64,000 nucleotides of DNA from Macrostomum lignano (GCA_002269645.1 NIVC01003171.1:51103-115102); one strand, 5' to 3'. Shown: positions 27,801 through 44,069, numbered from the stretch's first letter. Translations and numbers: made by a program. Notes: a model not told the origin generated them from the letters alone.

Positions 27801-30800
27801 ACCCATGAACTGACATCCACACTGACACCCACACTGACACGCACACTGACATCCATACTGACACCCATGAACTGACACCCACACAGACATCCTACACTGA
27901 CACCCCACACTGACACCCACACTGACACCCACACTGACACACATGAATTGACACCCACACTGACACACATGAATTGACACCCACACTGACACCCACACTG
28001 ACACCCACACTGACACCCATGAACTGACATCCACACTGACACCCACACTGACACCCATGAACTGACACCCACACTGACACCCATGAACTGACATCCACAC
28101 TGACACCCACACTGACACGCACACTGACATCCACACTGACACCCATGAACTGACATCCACACTGACACCCACACTGACACGCACACTGACATCCATACTG
28201 ACACCCATGAACTGACACCCACACAGACATCCTACACTGACACCCCACACTGACACCCACACTGACACCCACACTGACACACATGAATTGACACCCACAC
28301 TGACACCCACACTGACACCCACACTGACACCCACACTGACACCCATGAACTGACATCCACACTGACACCCACACTGACACCCATGAACTGACACCCACAC
28401 TGACACCCATGAACTGACATCTACACTGACACCCACACTGACACGCACACTGACATCCACACTGACACCCATGAACTGACACCCACACAGACATCCTACA
28501 CTGACACCCCACACTGACACCCACACTGACACCCACACTGACACCCATGAACTGACACCCATACTGACACCCATGAACTGAAACCCACACAGACATCCTA
28601 CACTGACACCCACACTGACACCCATGAATTGACACCCAAACTGATTACCCACACTGACATCCACACTGACACCCATGAACTGACACCCACACAGACATCC
28701 ACACTGACACCCCACACTGACACCCACACTGACACACATGAACTGACACCCACACTGACACTCACACTGACACCCCACACTGACACCCATGAACTGAAAA
28801 TAATGAACTGACACCTACACCCACACTGACACCCATGAACTGACATCCAAACTGACACCCCACACTGAAAGACTGCAGCTCAGAGACATCCCAGGATTGT
28901 AAAACGCTGCAGCACCGCAGACATATCAAAGCTCACGCACCGTGGCTGATGAAGTCCCTGCCATTGGCCAGCTGCCTGGCGTGGTACTCGAACTCGGCCC
29001 TGAATGTGGCCGCGGCTCCGCCGTCGCGAGACGATGGCACCGAAGGCGGAGCCCGCCGGAGAGCGGACTGAGCTCTTGCTGCCAGGGAGGCGGCGCTGGC
29101 TGTCCTGGCAGGCGTCGCTGTGGCCGGCCTTGAGCGAATCGCAACGGCGGCGAGAGCCGGCTGTTGTTGAGGCCGCCGCTCCAGTTGCTGCTGCAGCAAG
29201 CGCTGCACATGCTGCTGCTGCTGGTGCCGTCTCTGGGCAGTTGTTGGGCGGGACAGACTGACGGAAGATCGCGGCCTACATGTGTATGCATGAAATCATT
29301 TGTGTTTGCAATGGTTTCAGAATTTGTGCTTTATTTGTGGAGCAAAGCACTGTTTGGGGAAGGCCTTCCAAGTATCCTTGAGGAAAGCTGGGCTAAGCAG
29401 TGATAAGGGAGGCCGTCCAAGTGACCTTTGAGGAAAGCTATAGGCTAAGCAGTGATAAGGGAGGCCGTCCAAGTGACCTTTGAGGAAAGCTAGGCTAAGC
29501 AGTGATAAGGGAGGCCGTCCAAGTAACCTTGAGGAAAGCTAGGCTAAGCAGTGATAAGTAAGCCGTCCAAGTGACCTTGAGGAAAGCTAGGCTAAGCAGT
29601 GATAAGGGAGGCCGTCCAAGTAACCTTGAAGAAAGCTAGGCTAAGCAGTGATAAGTAAGCCGTCCAAGTGACCTTTGAGGAAAGCTAGGCTAAGCAGTGA
29701 TAAGTAAGCCGTCCAAGTGACCTTTGAGGAAAGCTAGGCTAAGCAGTGATAAGGGAGGCCGTCCAAGTAACCTTGAAGAAAGCTAGGCTAAGCAGTGATA
29801 AGTAAGCCGTCCAAGTGACCTTTGAGGAAAGCTAGGCTAAGCAGTGATAAGTAAGCCGTCCAAGTGACCTTTGAGGAAAGCTAGGCTAAGCAGTGATAAG
29901 GGAGGCCGTCCAAGTAACCTTGAGGAAAGCTAGGCTAAGCAGTGATAAGGGAGGCCGTCCAAGTGACCTTTGAGGAAAGCTAGGCTAAGCAGTGATAAGG
30001 GAGGCCGTCCAAGTGACCTTGAGGAAAGCTAAGCTAAGCAGTGTTAAGGGAGGCCGTCCATGCAAGTGACCTTGAGGAAAGCTAGACTATGCAGTGCTAA
30101 GGGAGGCCGTCCAAATGACCTTGAGGAAAGCTAAGCTATGCGTGCTAAGGAAGGCCGTCCAAGTAAGAGAGACAATTGCAGAGTGAGTCGACTCACCGTC
30201 CAATAGCGGACTGCTCTGCGCCCTTGCTAGACGAAGGAACTGAATCAGTTAAAAGGGCATTGCATGTTTCAAGTATCAGAAAATCAGCTTAGATACATGC
30301 GCAGAATTTACATAAGAATAGAAACTGCGAACTTCCAACCTGGCCAGTGCAGCCTGGGACCCAGCAGATCAACGTAGGAAAGGCTCTGCTGCGCTTCTCT
30401 GCTGTCGCTTTGTGCGTCGGATTTCTGCCGAAAATGATTGAACATGAGAAACTGTGAGTTATGAGTTGAAATCTCTGAGAAGGTCTGTAGGAATGAAATT
30501 AGAAATCAATTTGCCCCCAGTCAGGTTTCGGAAGTTTCCCAATTGAGGCCTGGAACTGGAATTCAGTCTAAGTCGGCGCCCCGCATCGAAGTCCGATAGC
30601 GCCCGATATGCAGAGAAAACAATTTCTCATCACTGCGGTAGCCAACTAGGATTAGAATTGGGACTCGAACCCAACGTTGTGACTAATTGTCACTCAATTG
30701 ATGGGCCTCATCGTCAAGCAGTAAAGATTATTTTTGGAAGACACGGTCTTTTAGTCCACGAATCAAAGGAGCTGTAGAGAAGTTAAAGACTCGTACACGC

Positions 30801-31127
30801 ACATCAAGTCTGAACGATGCCAAATGAAACTTAAATTTGTCACCCTTGATTGAATGCATGAAGGCATGAGTTTAGCAAGTGCTGCACAGACAGACAGAGA
30901 GTACAAGCATAGATTGCTGGGCCAGCCGAGTGGTGCAGGGTGAGGAAGACAAGTAGAAAAGACAGTCGAACAGCCTGCGATTCCCTCACCGGGTTTTCAA
31001 CCGCGCCCAGTCTCGGTTCGGGCTGAGCTGCAGGCTTTCGGTTTTGGAGGCGCCTGGCTGACTCGGCCACCAAGCTGTGGCTGCTGAAGGACTTGCTGGC
31101 TAGCCTGTGGTGAATCGATGTTTTCAT
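21862..31127 (-). CDS. IQCM: IQ domain-containing protein M homologue, multi-exon (3' exons secure, 5' exons tentative)
   Basis: Phase-consistent exons 26676-26786, 26467-26596, 26274-26378, 24090-24131, 23857-24042, ~23168-23237, 22626-22900, 21862-22460. Peptides LEVIGPHVEVY, IIQKTVRGHLVRR, LDQFMEDKRR, CGFFPAHREV and STWMHPIIGGEDAAKYV match my recollection of vertebrate IQCM. Candidate 5' exons at 27351-27479, 28941-29232, ~30197-30240 and 30991-31127 are less certain. Confidence 0.72.
23338..23790. repeat. GAGCA/GAGCAG compound microsatellite (intronic)
   Basis: Pentamer/hexamer mosaic. Confidence 0.97.
24346..24351 (-). terminator. Candidate polyadenylation signal of the Gly/Tyr-rich gene
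   Basis: AATAAA about 130 nt after the stop codon. Confidence 0.5.
24483..24812 (-). CDS. Small secreted Gly/Tyr/Pro-rich structural protein (eggshell/chorion-like), 109 aa, single exon, nested in an IQCM intron
   Basis: Signal peptide MKCLLFLAALIAVAYG, tandem (G/S/D)YGP repeats, basic C-terminus; own TATA box and polyA signal. Confidence 0.88.
   Translation of the reverse strand: MKCLLFLAALIAVAYGGGYDTVEVYDTYDYGYGGYGPEYGYGDYGPGYGPGYGPGYGPGYGPGYGPSYGPGYGPGYGPGYGGYGYGGYGYEPEYEYYGPGPRGKGSYRR
24911..24918 (-). promoter_or_regulatory. TATA box of the Gly/Tyr-rich gene
   Basis: TATAAATA about 100 nt upstream of the ATG; Inr-like TCACTC about 30 nt downstream of the box. Confidence 0.7.
27505..28870. 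repeat. 12-14-bp ACTGACACCC-based compound minisatellite (intronic)
   Basis: CACTGACACCC(C)A / ACTGACACCCATGA mosaics. Confidence 0.96.
29370..30165. repeat. ~50-bp minisatellite (~16 copies)
   Basis: GGAAAGCTAGGCTAAGCAGTGATAAGGGAGGCCGTCCAAGTGACCTTTGA. Confidence 0.96.
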
Positions 31128-33454
31128 TTAAACATCTTTTTAATTATTTTTTATCTAATAGGAAGCAGTTAATTAACAAATGTGAATAGCTGTCTGTGTG
31201 CACTAGATTGCCTCTTAGTAGGTTTAACTATTTAAAAGATAATAAAAAGTTTTTTTCAATCTTTATATCACTTTCTATTTACTTTAAAAAGAAAATTTAG
31301 TCTTTAGCAGCAAGACTGTGGCTGGTAGACTCACAGAAATAGGTGATTCTCCAAATCAATCTGGGATGTTACTTTGCCACGCCAATCAACCAGCGACTCA
31401 AACTCTTGTTTGTAAACACCATCACTATTCAAACTGCAATAAGCATAAGAGGTACACAGTTGAGCTCTTCCTTACTTAAAACCAATAATATTATTATAGC
31501 AAGATAGCAGGACAACTTTGAGAGCTGCCAGATGTTACTTACCAGTCTGTATTTTCTGGAGGCATCAATGATGCCATTTAATTTTTTAAAGATGTTTTCA
31601 AGATCTTTAGATAATTTTGATTTTTATGTAGCCTATAGTTCAAGTTTATCTATTTAAAAATGGCTTTGTGCCACAAAAATGTAAATAAGCTTTTGGCCAA
31701 CGCTTTCTGCTAAATAGATACAATTTAATTTACAGAAAAGTAGGTATCTGCAGGCAGAATTCATAAAATTCTCAAATTTATCATCAAAAGTATAAGCTCA
31801 TTTATTAAGCCTATTTGCTATTTATTAGGAAACGTTTGAATTTTATAACTGACTAATATCAGCCCTGTAAAATTAGCTAACGGCTAGTGGCAGTTAAATG
31901 AATGAGACTTTCTATGGCTTTAAAAATACTATTATTGTTGCCTATTTACGAGCACACGTGTTTTCATAAAAACACGAACGGCATTTTAAGATTAAATACT
32001 ATTTATCTTAGCAACGCCACGTTAGTTTCTTAGAAAGACCTGTCGTTAGTTTGAACTATGAAAATGATGACGAAAGGAAAACTTACTTTACTTTTCTACT
32101 CATAAAGTCGACCAACTAGGAAACCAAACAATTCAAAACTTTTTGTAATTACCTAAAAAGTACAAACATTTGTGTGCTGCGTCGAAATTTTGCTGTGACG
32201 AAAGCACATGCACTGTACATGTATGTCTAGTTCCATTTCTAGTACATGCGTGCATTATACCATACTTAACCAAACCAAGGAGTTGTTTAAGCTTAACTTA
32301 TATAGAACAGTAGAGTGGAAGTCCAAGTCTTGTACGAGTACGTAGCTGAGCAGGAAAACTTAAAGAGCAGTAGCTAGTTCGCTCAGCTCAAGTGGTTATA
32401 TGCACATACTGTATTTATAATTACAGACGGAGCTTGATCGCCACAGAATACATTCGCATAAAAACTGCACGATTTTAAACTGAATATACAATTATTACAA
32501 TTAGCATCTTCTGTTTTCTGGTACATATAAATTAAGTTCATAGTAGTATATAAGTTTATCTATCAATATAATAATATTGTTTAACTTCTATCAATATACT
32601 ATTCCTATTGTAGAATGAGAAGGAAAATATAACTGTCAATAATCGATACAAAGAAAATATATTTTACTTTAATAGACTACTACTACGCTCGTACGCTCTT
32701 ATAGAAAATTAGTTTTGGGTCATATAGCGAGTGTGTCATGCTACATACAAACTTAATTTTTGTTTTCCGTGAATATCGATATATCAATATCATTTTTTCC
32801 GAGATGGACATGTGACGATGAGGACGCACTTTTTCCAAATTTCACGCTCGCACACATGGGCTCCAAACTTGCTAGCCTACTAACAGCAGGCTATGGGCAT
32901 TTTTCTCCTTTTTATGTAATTTTCTCAGCATTCATACTAGTAGGATTTTTGTAGCTATATGATTTTGCCATACTTATAGTTATAATAACGTAGGCGCGGT
33001 TTTCGCTACTTTTGGGGTCATAAATCATTGCTTTTGAGCTGGTCTGACAGCCACCTGTGCCTCACTCAGTGTTGAGGCTGGCGCCAGATGTGAGAGGATG
33101 CGGGCGGTAGCTTTTTTCTCATCATTTTTGACAGGCCATCAGATTTATGAGGCCAGAGGCTATTGTTCGTGTTCACTCGAGCGTTTGACAGCTTTGACAG
33201 CTATGCGTTTTACCCCTAAAAGTACTTTGGGATTAGCGATTAGCGATTCCTCTTCACCATCTTCACTTTCTACTTAATGAGATCTTTCTAATGTATATTT
33301 TTCATTAATTTTTGTAATTCCAACGCGAAAGGTCATAAATCATTATGTAGCGATTTTGAGTGATTTATGCAGACGGCACCTGGCGAATTTTTATGGCCCT
33401 GAGGGAACTGATAGGATCTTCTGGTCACGTGAGTTTGGGTGGCAACAAGCTCAG

Positions 33455-35047
<1,593 letters not shown>

Positions 35048-36365
35048 CAAGCTCAGCCAATCAGAAAATTCGACGTCAGTTATAACAAATCGGCTCAGCC
35101 AATCAGCCTCGAGGTGTTCCATTATAACAAATTGCGGTCCAGTTGGCGGGTATTTAACCGGTGTTTTTGGGCCGCTCGGACCTCAACCTCCTGGGACCTT
35201 GGCCTAACTTAGACCTCCCGGAGCTCGACCGTCGTCTCTTGATTCCCGGATCGCAACTTCCCCCCGTCATCATCAAGGACGAATTCTCCCGGTCGTCAGC
35301 GGCGAACATCAAGGTTAAGATCACCACCTGCTAGCTATCTGCGAAGATTGTGACATCAGCATCATCCCGGGTCTACAGCTGTGAAGCACTAAGCCGATTC
35401 GGTCACTGTGCATTTTCTTGTCTCCGGCTGTTGAGTTTCTGATTAGTTGGGTGAGAGGCTACCTAGACTTGCTTGATTGGGTGATCCCCTATCTGTCCCC
35501 TGTTTCAGTAGCTGGATTAGGCGCACACTTTTGCTCATTTTGTTCAGTAGTGCTGTAATCGAGGCAGAAATCACTTAATAACAATACTAATAGTAGTCCG
35601 ATACTCCAATTCAATCTGAAGTGTGAAGTGATTTAGTGAGAAGGTTAAATCTGACAGTTATTGTTATCGGTTTTGTTTCTTTGTTCGCCGATGGCTCAGA
35701 TGAGTAGCTAAGCTAGTAGGCGCCGGTCACAGTGGACCAATGGCAAGGCAGTTCTCAGTCGATCAATCTATCAAATCAGTTAGCGAAATTGCCAATGGTG
35801 CAAAAACGGCGCCAGAGATGTACTTTGTGCACTCTAGGTTCGCCAAGCGGCTCGGGTAATGAATCATGCGGCCTCTGAAGTTCGAGTTAGTCTATCATCA
35901 GCGCTACGAGAGGCTGGTTGGCGCGTTGAAGGCCAAAAGTACATATCTTCGTATTTAGCAATGTAATAGTACATGTAGCTACCCCATAGACTCGCCACTG
36001 CAAGAATCCCCTGCACAAGTCCCCTCTGTACCTGCATGGCCAATGCGATCTAGTCCCAGCAGTGTCCCTTATCATCGGCTATGACTTCGAGATTGACAGC
36101 AAAAATACACTAGTTGGCAGGTAAGTGCAAAGCCCCTTCTAGTCGGAAGCCCGATTTCGAGAGTCCCGGTGTGGTGAGCCAGGACGCACGGGCTGGTGGC
36201 AGCGAGTTAGCTCAGTCTGCGGATTAGCTAATTTCTACCTTCAAAATTCTCCCTGCTTGTCTCTCGCTGTCCCTCTCTTAGCTATAGGACCTAGACTGCT
36301 CGCCACACGATCAAGCTACCATGGGGCTGACCATCTGACAGGAGTGGGGGGCCAGGACTCTAATT

Positions 36366-36443
36366 GATTCATTTCTGAGACCTGAGGTCCGAAGGCTTCC
36401 CGAAAGGGGCCGAAAAGGCCGAAACCCATCACATAAATAAATT
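36366..36443 (+). ncRNA. Hammerhead-like structured RNA candidate with an extra hairpin in the core
   Basis: CUGA-[GACC UGA GGUC]-C-GA-A-[GGCUUCCC GAAA GGGGCC]-GAAA; stems I and III are imperfect. Confidence 0.35.
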
Positions 36444-36989
36444 TAGATCCATGTTTTTGTATTCATACTTTTCAAGTCTACAATCAAATGTCCAATTTGA
36501 GTAAGCACACCGAAAGCACTCGTAAGCATGTATGTGTCAGATCATACATGCAGAGCGGCTTAGCATTTGTCCAGGTAGGGTATTAAGAGATGCTGTGTTT
36601 TATTTTCTTTTGAACTCTGACCGATACTGAATTTGGACCCATGATTCAAAAGTGCACTGTATTTCTGACGATTAAAGAACTCTGGCATACATGTACATAT
36701 AGCTGCTGGCGACCGCGAAGGACCTCCGTTTGTCGACGCTAAAATTTCTTGAATAGCTACGCGTCTGGCGTCTTGGCATTCGCATCTTCTGCAGCAGACG
36801 TTCCTCCTCCCTGCAGCAAAATGCACGTAGCTCGTATGCCGAATGCAAGCTACAGTACAGCTGCATGCGCAGTTATAATTTATTGATTGTGAATTACCAC
36901 ACTGCGGCATGCTTATATGTAAATCCCCGAAACATGCAGCACGTTAATCATATGTTCATACGCTCGTAGTTGTTTTTACCTGTTTGTGG

Positions 36990-37325
36990 GTCAGGGTAGG
37001 TAATCTACAGTCCTGTCTGTTTGTGGGTCAGGTAGGGAATCTACAGTCCTGTCTGTTTGTGGGTCAGGTAGGTAATCTACAGTCCTGTCTGTTTGTGGGT
37101 CAGGTAGGTAATCTACAGTCCTGTCTGTTTGTGGGTCAAGTAGGTAATCTACAGTCCTGTCTGTTTGTGGGTCAGGGTAGGTAATCTACAGTCCTGTCTG
37201 TTTGTGGGTCAGGTAGGTAATCTACAGTCCTGTCTGTTTGTGGGTCAGGGTAGGTAATCTACAGTCCTGTCTGTTTGTGGGTCAGGTAGGTAATCTACAG
37301 TCCTGTCTGTTTGTGGGTCAGGTAG
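36990..37325. repeat. 36-bp minisatellite (~9 copies)
   Basis: GTAGGTAATCTACAGTCCTGTCTGTTTGTGGGTCAG. Confidence 0.96.
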
Positions 37326-37641
37326 TTAATCATGCACACAATATAGCTGGCCATGCAGTCTGACCACTTGAATGGCGTGTCCTCTGACAAGGTAGCAACT
37401 CAGTAGGCAATAAATATAGCCGTATTTAAGTACATCTCTTAGTGTATTTTATGCAGATGCCTGTACATTAGTATATGGAATGTACAGGCGTACAATCCGC
37501 GATGCATTTTGTACATATTCTGCTGTGCAATAATATATATAGATGAGTATATTATTGCAAAATTTGTTTCTGGACGTTTAAGTCGCTTATTCAACTTTTA
37601 ATCTGACCGCATCCCCTGTCGAAAAAGAGATCCTCACAGCC

Positions 37642-39403
<1,762 letters not shown>

Positions 39404-39929
39404 TAAATCGATAATCCGAATGATAAAAATGGATAATTCTCGGCCTCGAAACTCGGCCTTAAGATTGCGATGCGCTTGCCGTCCAGGGGGAAATTTTATG
39501 CCATTTTTGATTCCCGGTGCTATTCGATTAAGAAAGAAATAGAAATTCTAAATCGTAATTTTATCGAGCCGCTTCTATTAAAAAGTAATTGTCGTAAAGA
39601 AAGTTTAAAAAGTTTATTACTTTTGTTTATTTTTTAGCCAGTTGCAGTTGGCGACTGGAGTTTTTTTTCCGACGAAAACTAGCACTCAGCCTCCCAGCCT
39701 CTCGAAGCCGGCCGCGAAGACCCCGTGCAGGCGTCACAGGCCCAGCTCAGCCTTGAACTCGCTGGTCCTACAGCTCTGCTCAGCGCTGGCGCACAGAACT
39801 GCGCACTCGATGTCGCTCCGAGCGGCCATGGAGGCGACGGGCGGCGACGGCTCGGCGACCGGCTCGGCCGTCTGCAGTCGGAACTCTGCAGCGATTCGGG
39901 CAGCAGTGGAAGGAGGGAGAATCGGAAGG

Positions 39930-40281
39930 CTGCATCGCCAGACTGAAACAGACTCACCAGGCTGATGCTGCATCCCCAGACTGAAACAGACTCACCAGGC
40001 TGCTGCTGCATCCCCAGACTGAAACAGACTCACCAGGCTGATGCTTGCCAGTTGGGGAATAGGCAAGCTGCATCCCCAGACTCAGACAGACTCACCAGCT
40101 GGGGAATCGGCATTCTGCATCCCAGACTCAGACAGACTCACCAGCTGGGGAATCGGCAAGCTGCATCCCCAGACTCAGACAGACTCACCAGCTGGGGAAT
40201 CGGCAAGCTGCATCCCCAGACTCAGACAGACTCACCAGCTGGGGAATCGGCAAGCTGCATCCCAGACTCAGACGAACTCAC
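39930..40281 (-). repeat. Array of eight 27-28 nt GT...AG units separated by 10-34 nt spacers
   Basis: Minus-strand unit GTGAGTCTGTCTGAGTCTGGGGATGCAG. Confidence 0.92.
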
Positions 40282-40752
40282 CAGCTCCGCTGTCGTCGAA
40301 CTCGGGCCTGAAGAGCAGCCGGAAGCCGGTCCGAGTGCCGGCCCCGTCAGTCTCGAAGCGAAGCGCCATCTGCCGAGAAGCCGATCTGTAGACGCTGGAG
40401 TTGAAGTCTCCCACGGACAGGGACAGGCTGGCGAGAGGCGAGCCGGCGCCATCGAACAGACTGACTCGGTCGCAGCAGCTCTCCAAGTCCATGTAGGTGA
40501 ACCAGGCTGAGATGCCGCTGGAGCCGGCAGGAGCGACAATTGTCAGGCTGCAGTTCACGTTGCTGCTGTACAAAGAGCCGAATCCGAATCCAGGGTGGCT
40601 CACCACGGCGCTTCCATCGGGACTGAAGTCGGCCTGCACAACTTGATCACGCTGCATGCTGCAACAGGTTGATCGGTGCAAGGTGGATGGTGACGTCAGC
40701 TGATTAGTGCCCTCCTTTCCTGCACTGAGTCCCTGCATCAGCTCCTACTCAC

Positions 40753-41202
40753 CCCATGTTCTCACTCGGGACCTCGCCATGAATCTCAGCTCGAATCCCG
40801 TGTGAGCCACGTTGCTGTTCGAGGTGAACTGAACTCGAGCCGTGCCCGACACTGCCGCAATCGCGGCCAGACTCAGAGGCTGATCGAGCTGCGATATCAC
40901 CTGCAGCAGACTGGAGCCATCGAAAACGGACACTGAGTCAGCGGCAGGCTCAAGATCCACATGGGTGAACCACATGACAATCTCGTGGCCCACAGGAGCT
41001 CTGAGTGTCCAGTCACTGAGTGTTCCGGCCTCGAGGTCGAGGTAGAACAGCCGCACCGTCAGCGGGACGTTCTCTGGCCCCGCGATAGTCAGTGAGCAGC
41101 TGGCGTTGCTTGAGTAGTGAGAGCCGTCAGAGGGCCAGCGGTGGGTGATGAAAGAGCCAGCGCCGTCTGGCTGGAGCTCACTGCTCTGGTGTCCGTCGCA
41201 GA
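40753..41202 (-). CDS. Phase-1/1 exon encoding a half CUB fused in frame to a second CUB
   Basis: CDG...YSSNASCSLTIAGP...LDLEAG|TLSDWTLRAPVG...DLEPAADSVSVFDG...FTSNSNVAHTGFELRF. Confidence 0.8.
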
Positions 41203-43664
41203 CTGTATCGGCAAAAGGGTTCGAGTTCCACAGGCAAGTTCAGCTCTCAGTCCAAGTTTTAGGCCAGGACTACTTGAGAAAAAGGAAAGGACACTTCGTT
41301 TCTAAGAAAATCTTTGAAGCCTGGCTTCACGCGAAAGATGCATTACGGAGGTACAATCCGTAGGAATTAAATTGGATGAAAAAACACTGACAGCGGTGTT
41401 ACGAGCTACGAGCTGGGATATGCCTGCTTTATCGGTTCATAGATTTTTTAAATTTTGTAAGATTTGTAAGAATTAGAAAGTACATATACGATCGTAACTT
41501 TTAGTAATTTCTAAATAAAATCCTGCTTTATAGCGCCGAGACCTGGACACCGCATCGCTGCGCCGGCCTGGATCGTCCAAACGACCTGCTGCGCCATCGA
41601 CAACTTCAGCTGGCAGGCCACATCATCAGCGCTGAGTCGCATCAACTACAGCAGTTGTTGTTTTTTGTTGCATGTTATTGATTGTTGTTGCTGTTGTTAT
41701 ATTTGAGCACGTGTCTTAGGACAAAACTCCTGTGATGATAAAATATGATTATTTATGTAGCTTCTACTTTCATTACCTCTGTATGTTTCACTGTCCCTAT
41801 TTTTGGGTTAAAAGGGTAAGTTCCTATCTTCGTACTCGTAGTGTATTTTTCTGGTTGAACCAGGCTTTAAAAGACTTTCTAAGAAACCAAGTTTCTACTT
41901 AAGTTGTCCTTGGTTTTAGTGACTCAGCTGGACTCACCAACGCCGACGGGAACTGCAAAGTGCAGTATATGGAAGCCGTAATAGCCACTGGAGGGTGTGT
42001 ACACTGTACATCGCATATGGTGCTCTGTTGTCCCTGGTAGAATATCGCCTGGCAGACACCAGGTGCCTGATCTGACTGGTATCGATGTCAACGAATAGGA
42101 AAACAAACAGGATGATGAACCCTTCCGGAGCGCTGAGGTCAATCCGGCAGCTCTCCGTAGCCGGGTAGTCGGACAGTTCTTCACCGAATTTGCCATGACT
42201 GACGACTTGAGCAGATCCGTATGCCGGAATCCGTAGGCTGAGAGCGGCCGGACAGACTCCAACAGGAAAGTGTGAAGCGAAGCGCAATAATTCATTCATT
42301 AGCGAGAATATGGGGCACAGCTACGAGCGTAGTTTTATTGATGAGATTAGAAAAACTGCTGATGATGCAGAGTTCAAATGCCTTACCCAGCTTTTCAACG
42401 CCAATCCTCCGAGCTGAGTAGACCATCTCAAATCCCTCGTGTACGTCAGTGGCATCTGTGTGAAATGCCACCCTCATGGCATTGGAAGCGGATCTGTACT
42501 CAATAGAGGCAAATTCCCAGTCCAGAGTTGGATGAAACTATCTCCAAGCCGTCCAACATTCCATCGCTGAGGGTTGCAAAATCCTGGCCCGAATCGCCCA
42601 GCGACAGGTAAGTGAAGTAGGCGAACATTTCGTATCTAACAGGGGCCCTAATTACATGAGCAGTTCAGGTTGTTTACATACGAGCTATGGGAAAACTCGC
42701 ACCGCTGAGTGGCTGATCATCCGCGCAGAACCGATCTTGTCATCGAGCTCAACCTCTCCATCGCAAACTGCAGCGGTTGTGAGTTTCTAAGAGTACTCGT
42801 GCGTCTAATCAATTGATTCAAAAAGTGTGGCGAGCTGAGAAGTGCCTGTGTGATTTAGGTCCTTAGCCAGGACCTCACCAGTAGCAGTGTGCACCGTTTT
42901 GCACACACTACATGATTAGTTTCATAACTTCTCTTGTTACATTTTGGTGGGCAATACTTTCTAATTATTATGGCCAAAGTAGACAGACTTGCAGCTTCGC
43001 AGTTCAGTCGCAGCTGTTCGACTCACCCATTTGGCTGACTGCTCTGTACATTATTTTGAATCCGGAGTACGCGACGTTTCCATCGCTGTTGAATTTCACT
43101 GTCATGGTGCTAGATGAGGAGCGAAACCACGGCGAGAAGTACGGACCGCTTCGCTGTGAGATCCTGCCCAGCACAACGGGCCTTCTGAAGCCGTCGAACA
43201 CGATGAGAAAGTCAAAGTTCGGCTCCAGATCTACGTAGGTGGTGCGCGCCTCGATGATGAACCCCGGTGGCGCCAGAAGGCTCGCGACGCAGTCGGCATT
43301 GTTGCTGTATGGGGAACCGTTTTCAAACCCAAAGTGGCTGGTCAACATCTTCACGCCTTCCGTCCCGATTCATGGCCCCACTACGAGTGTACGCGTTAAA
43401 TATATATAGCATATATATAATTCAATAAAACCTTGCAGCGCCAGCACTGGAAGGGCATGCGGAGGCCGATGCATGAAACTGCATCAACTTTGGCCTCGTT
43501 CTTGTTTGACGGCTTGCCTCCGGAATTGAACGCCTTCTCAAAGACGCCGGAAGCGAGTCGGACGAACCGTACAAAGCTGAGTGAAGCTTAAACACCCCTA
43601 GTTTACATATCTGACCGCGTATTTTTGTTGGCTGTTTAGTAAACTTCAAAATAAAATGGCTTAC

Positions 43665-44069
43665 CACTGTTCAGTCCCTCAATGGTACGAAAAGTCACAA
43701 TGTACCCGAGCTGGAGTGCATGGCTTGATGAAAACACCTGCAAAATTCTGTCCAGCCGGACCACATTTGAAGTGGAAGATACGATGGTGACAGGTGCTGC
43801 GAAGCCTCCAAGCCTTGCGAGTCTTGGCGAGCCTCGGCCGCCCACTCCGTCGTAGAGAACAAAAGAATCGATTGGCTCCCCGAGCTGCTCAAGCACGGTG
43901 ACACTGAATAAGATCCTCGAGTCAGGGGGCGACCTGAGTGTGAGACTGCAGCGGGATATCTCCGCCGGGAACATCCGAGGTCGCTCAAAAACGACGCTGG
44001 TTTGGATCGTCCTGTCCCGATGATCCATGGGAAAGTTCAGAAATACGTTTGTTGTCATGACAGGACACA
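43665..44069 (-). CDS. Intact phase-1/1 divergent CUB domain exon
   Basis: CSLTLRSPPDSRI...DSFVLYDG...LGYIVTF; 405 nt bounded by AG and GT. Confidence 0.75.

Noticed and set aside
35690-36110. Tyrosine-recombinase (DIRS) or gag remnant inside the LTR-like unit
   Set aside because: Only vague resemblance (AGW..Y), many stops, no RHRY catalytic motifs.
39734-39736. Selenocysteine codon
   Set aside because: No SECIS-like structure seen downstream; kept only as a low-interest nonsense-codon observation.
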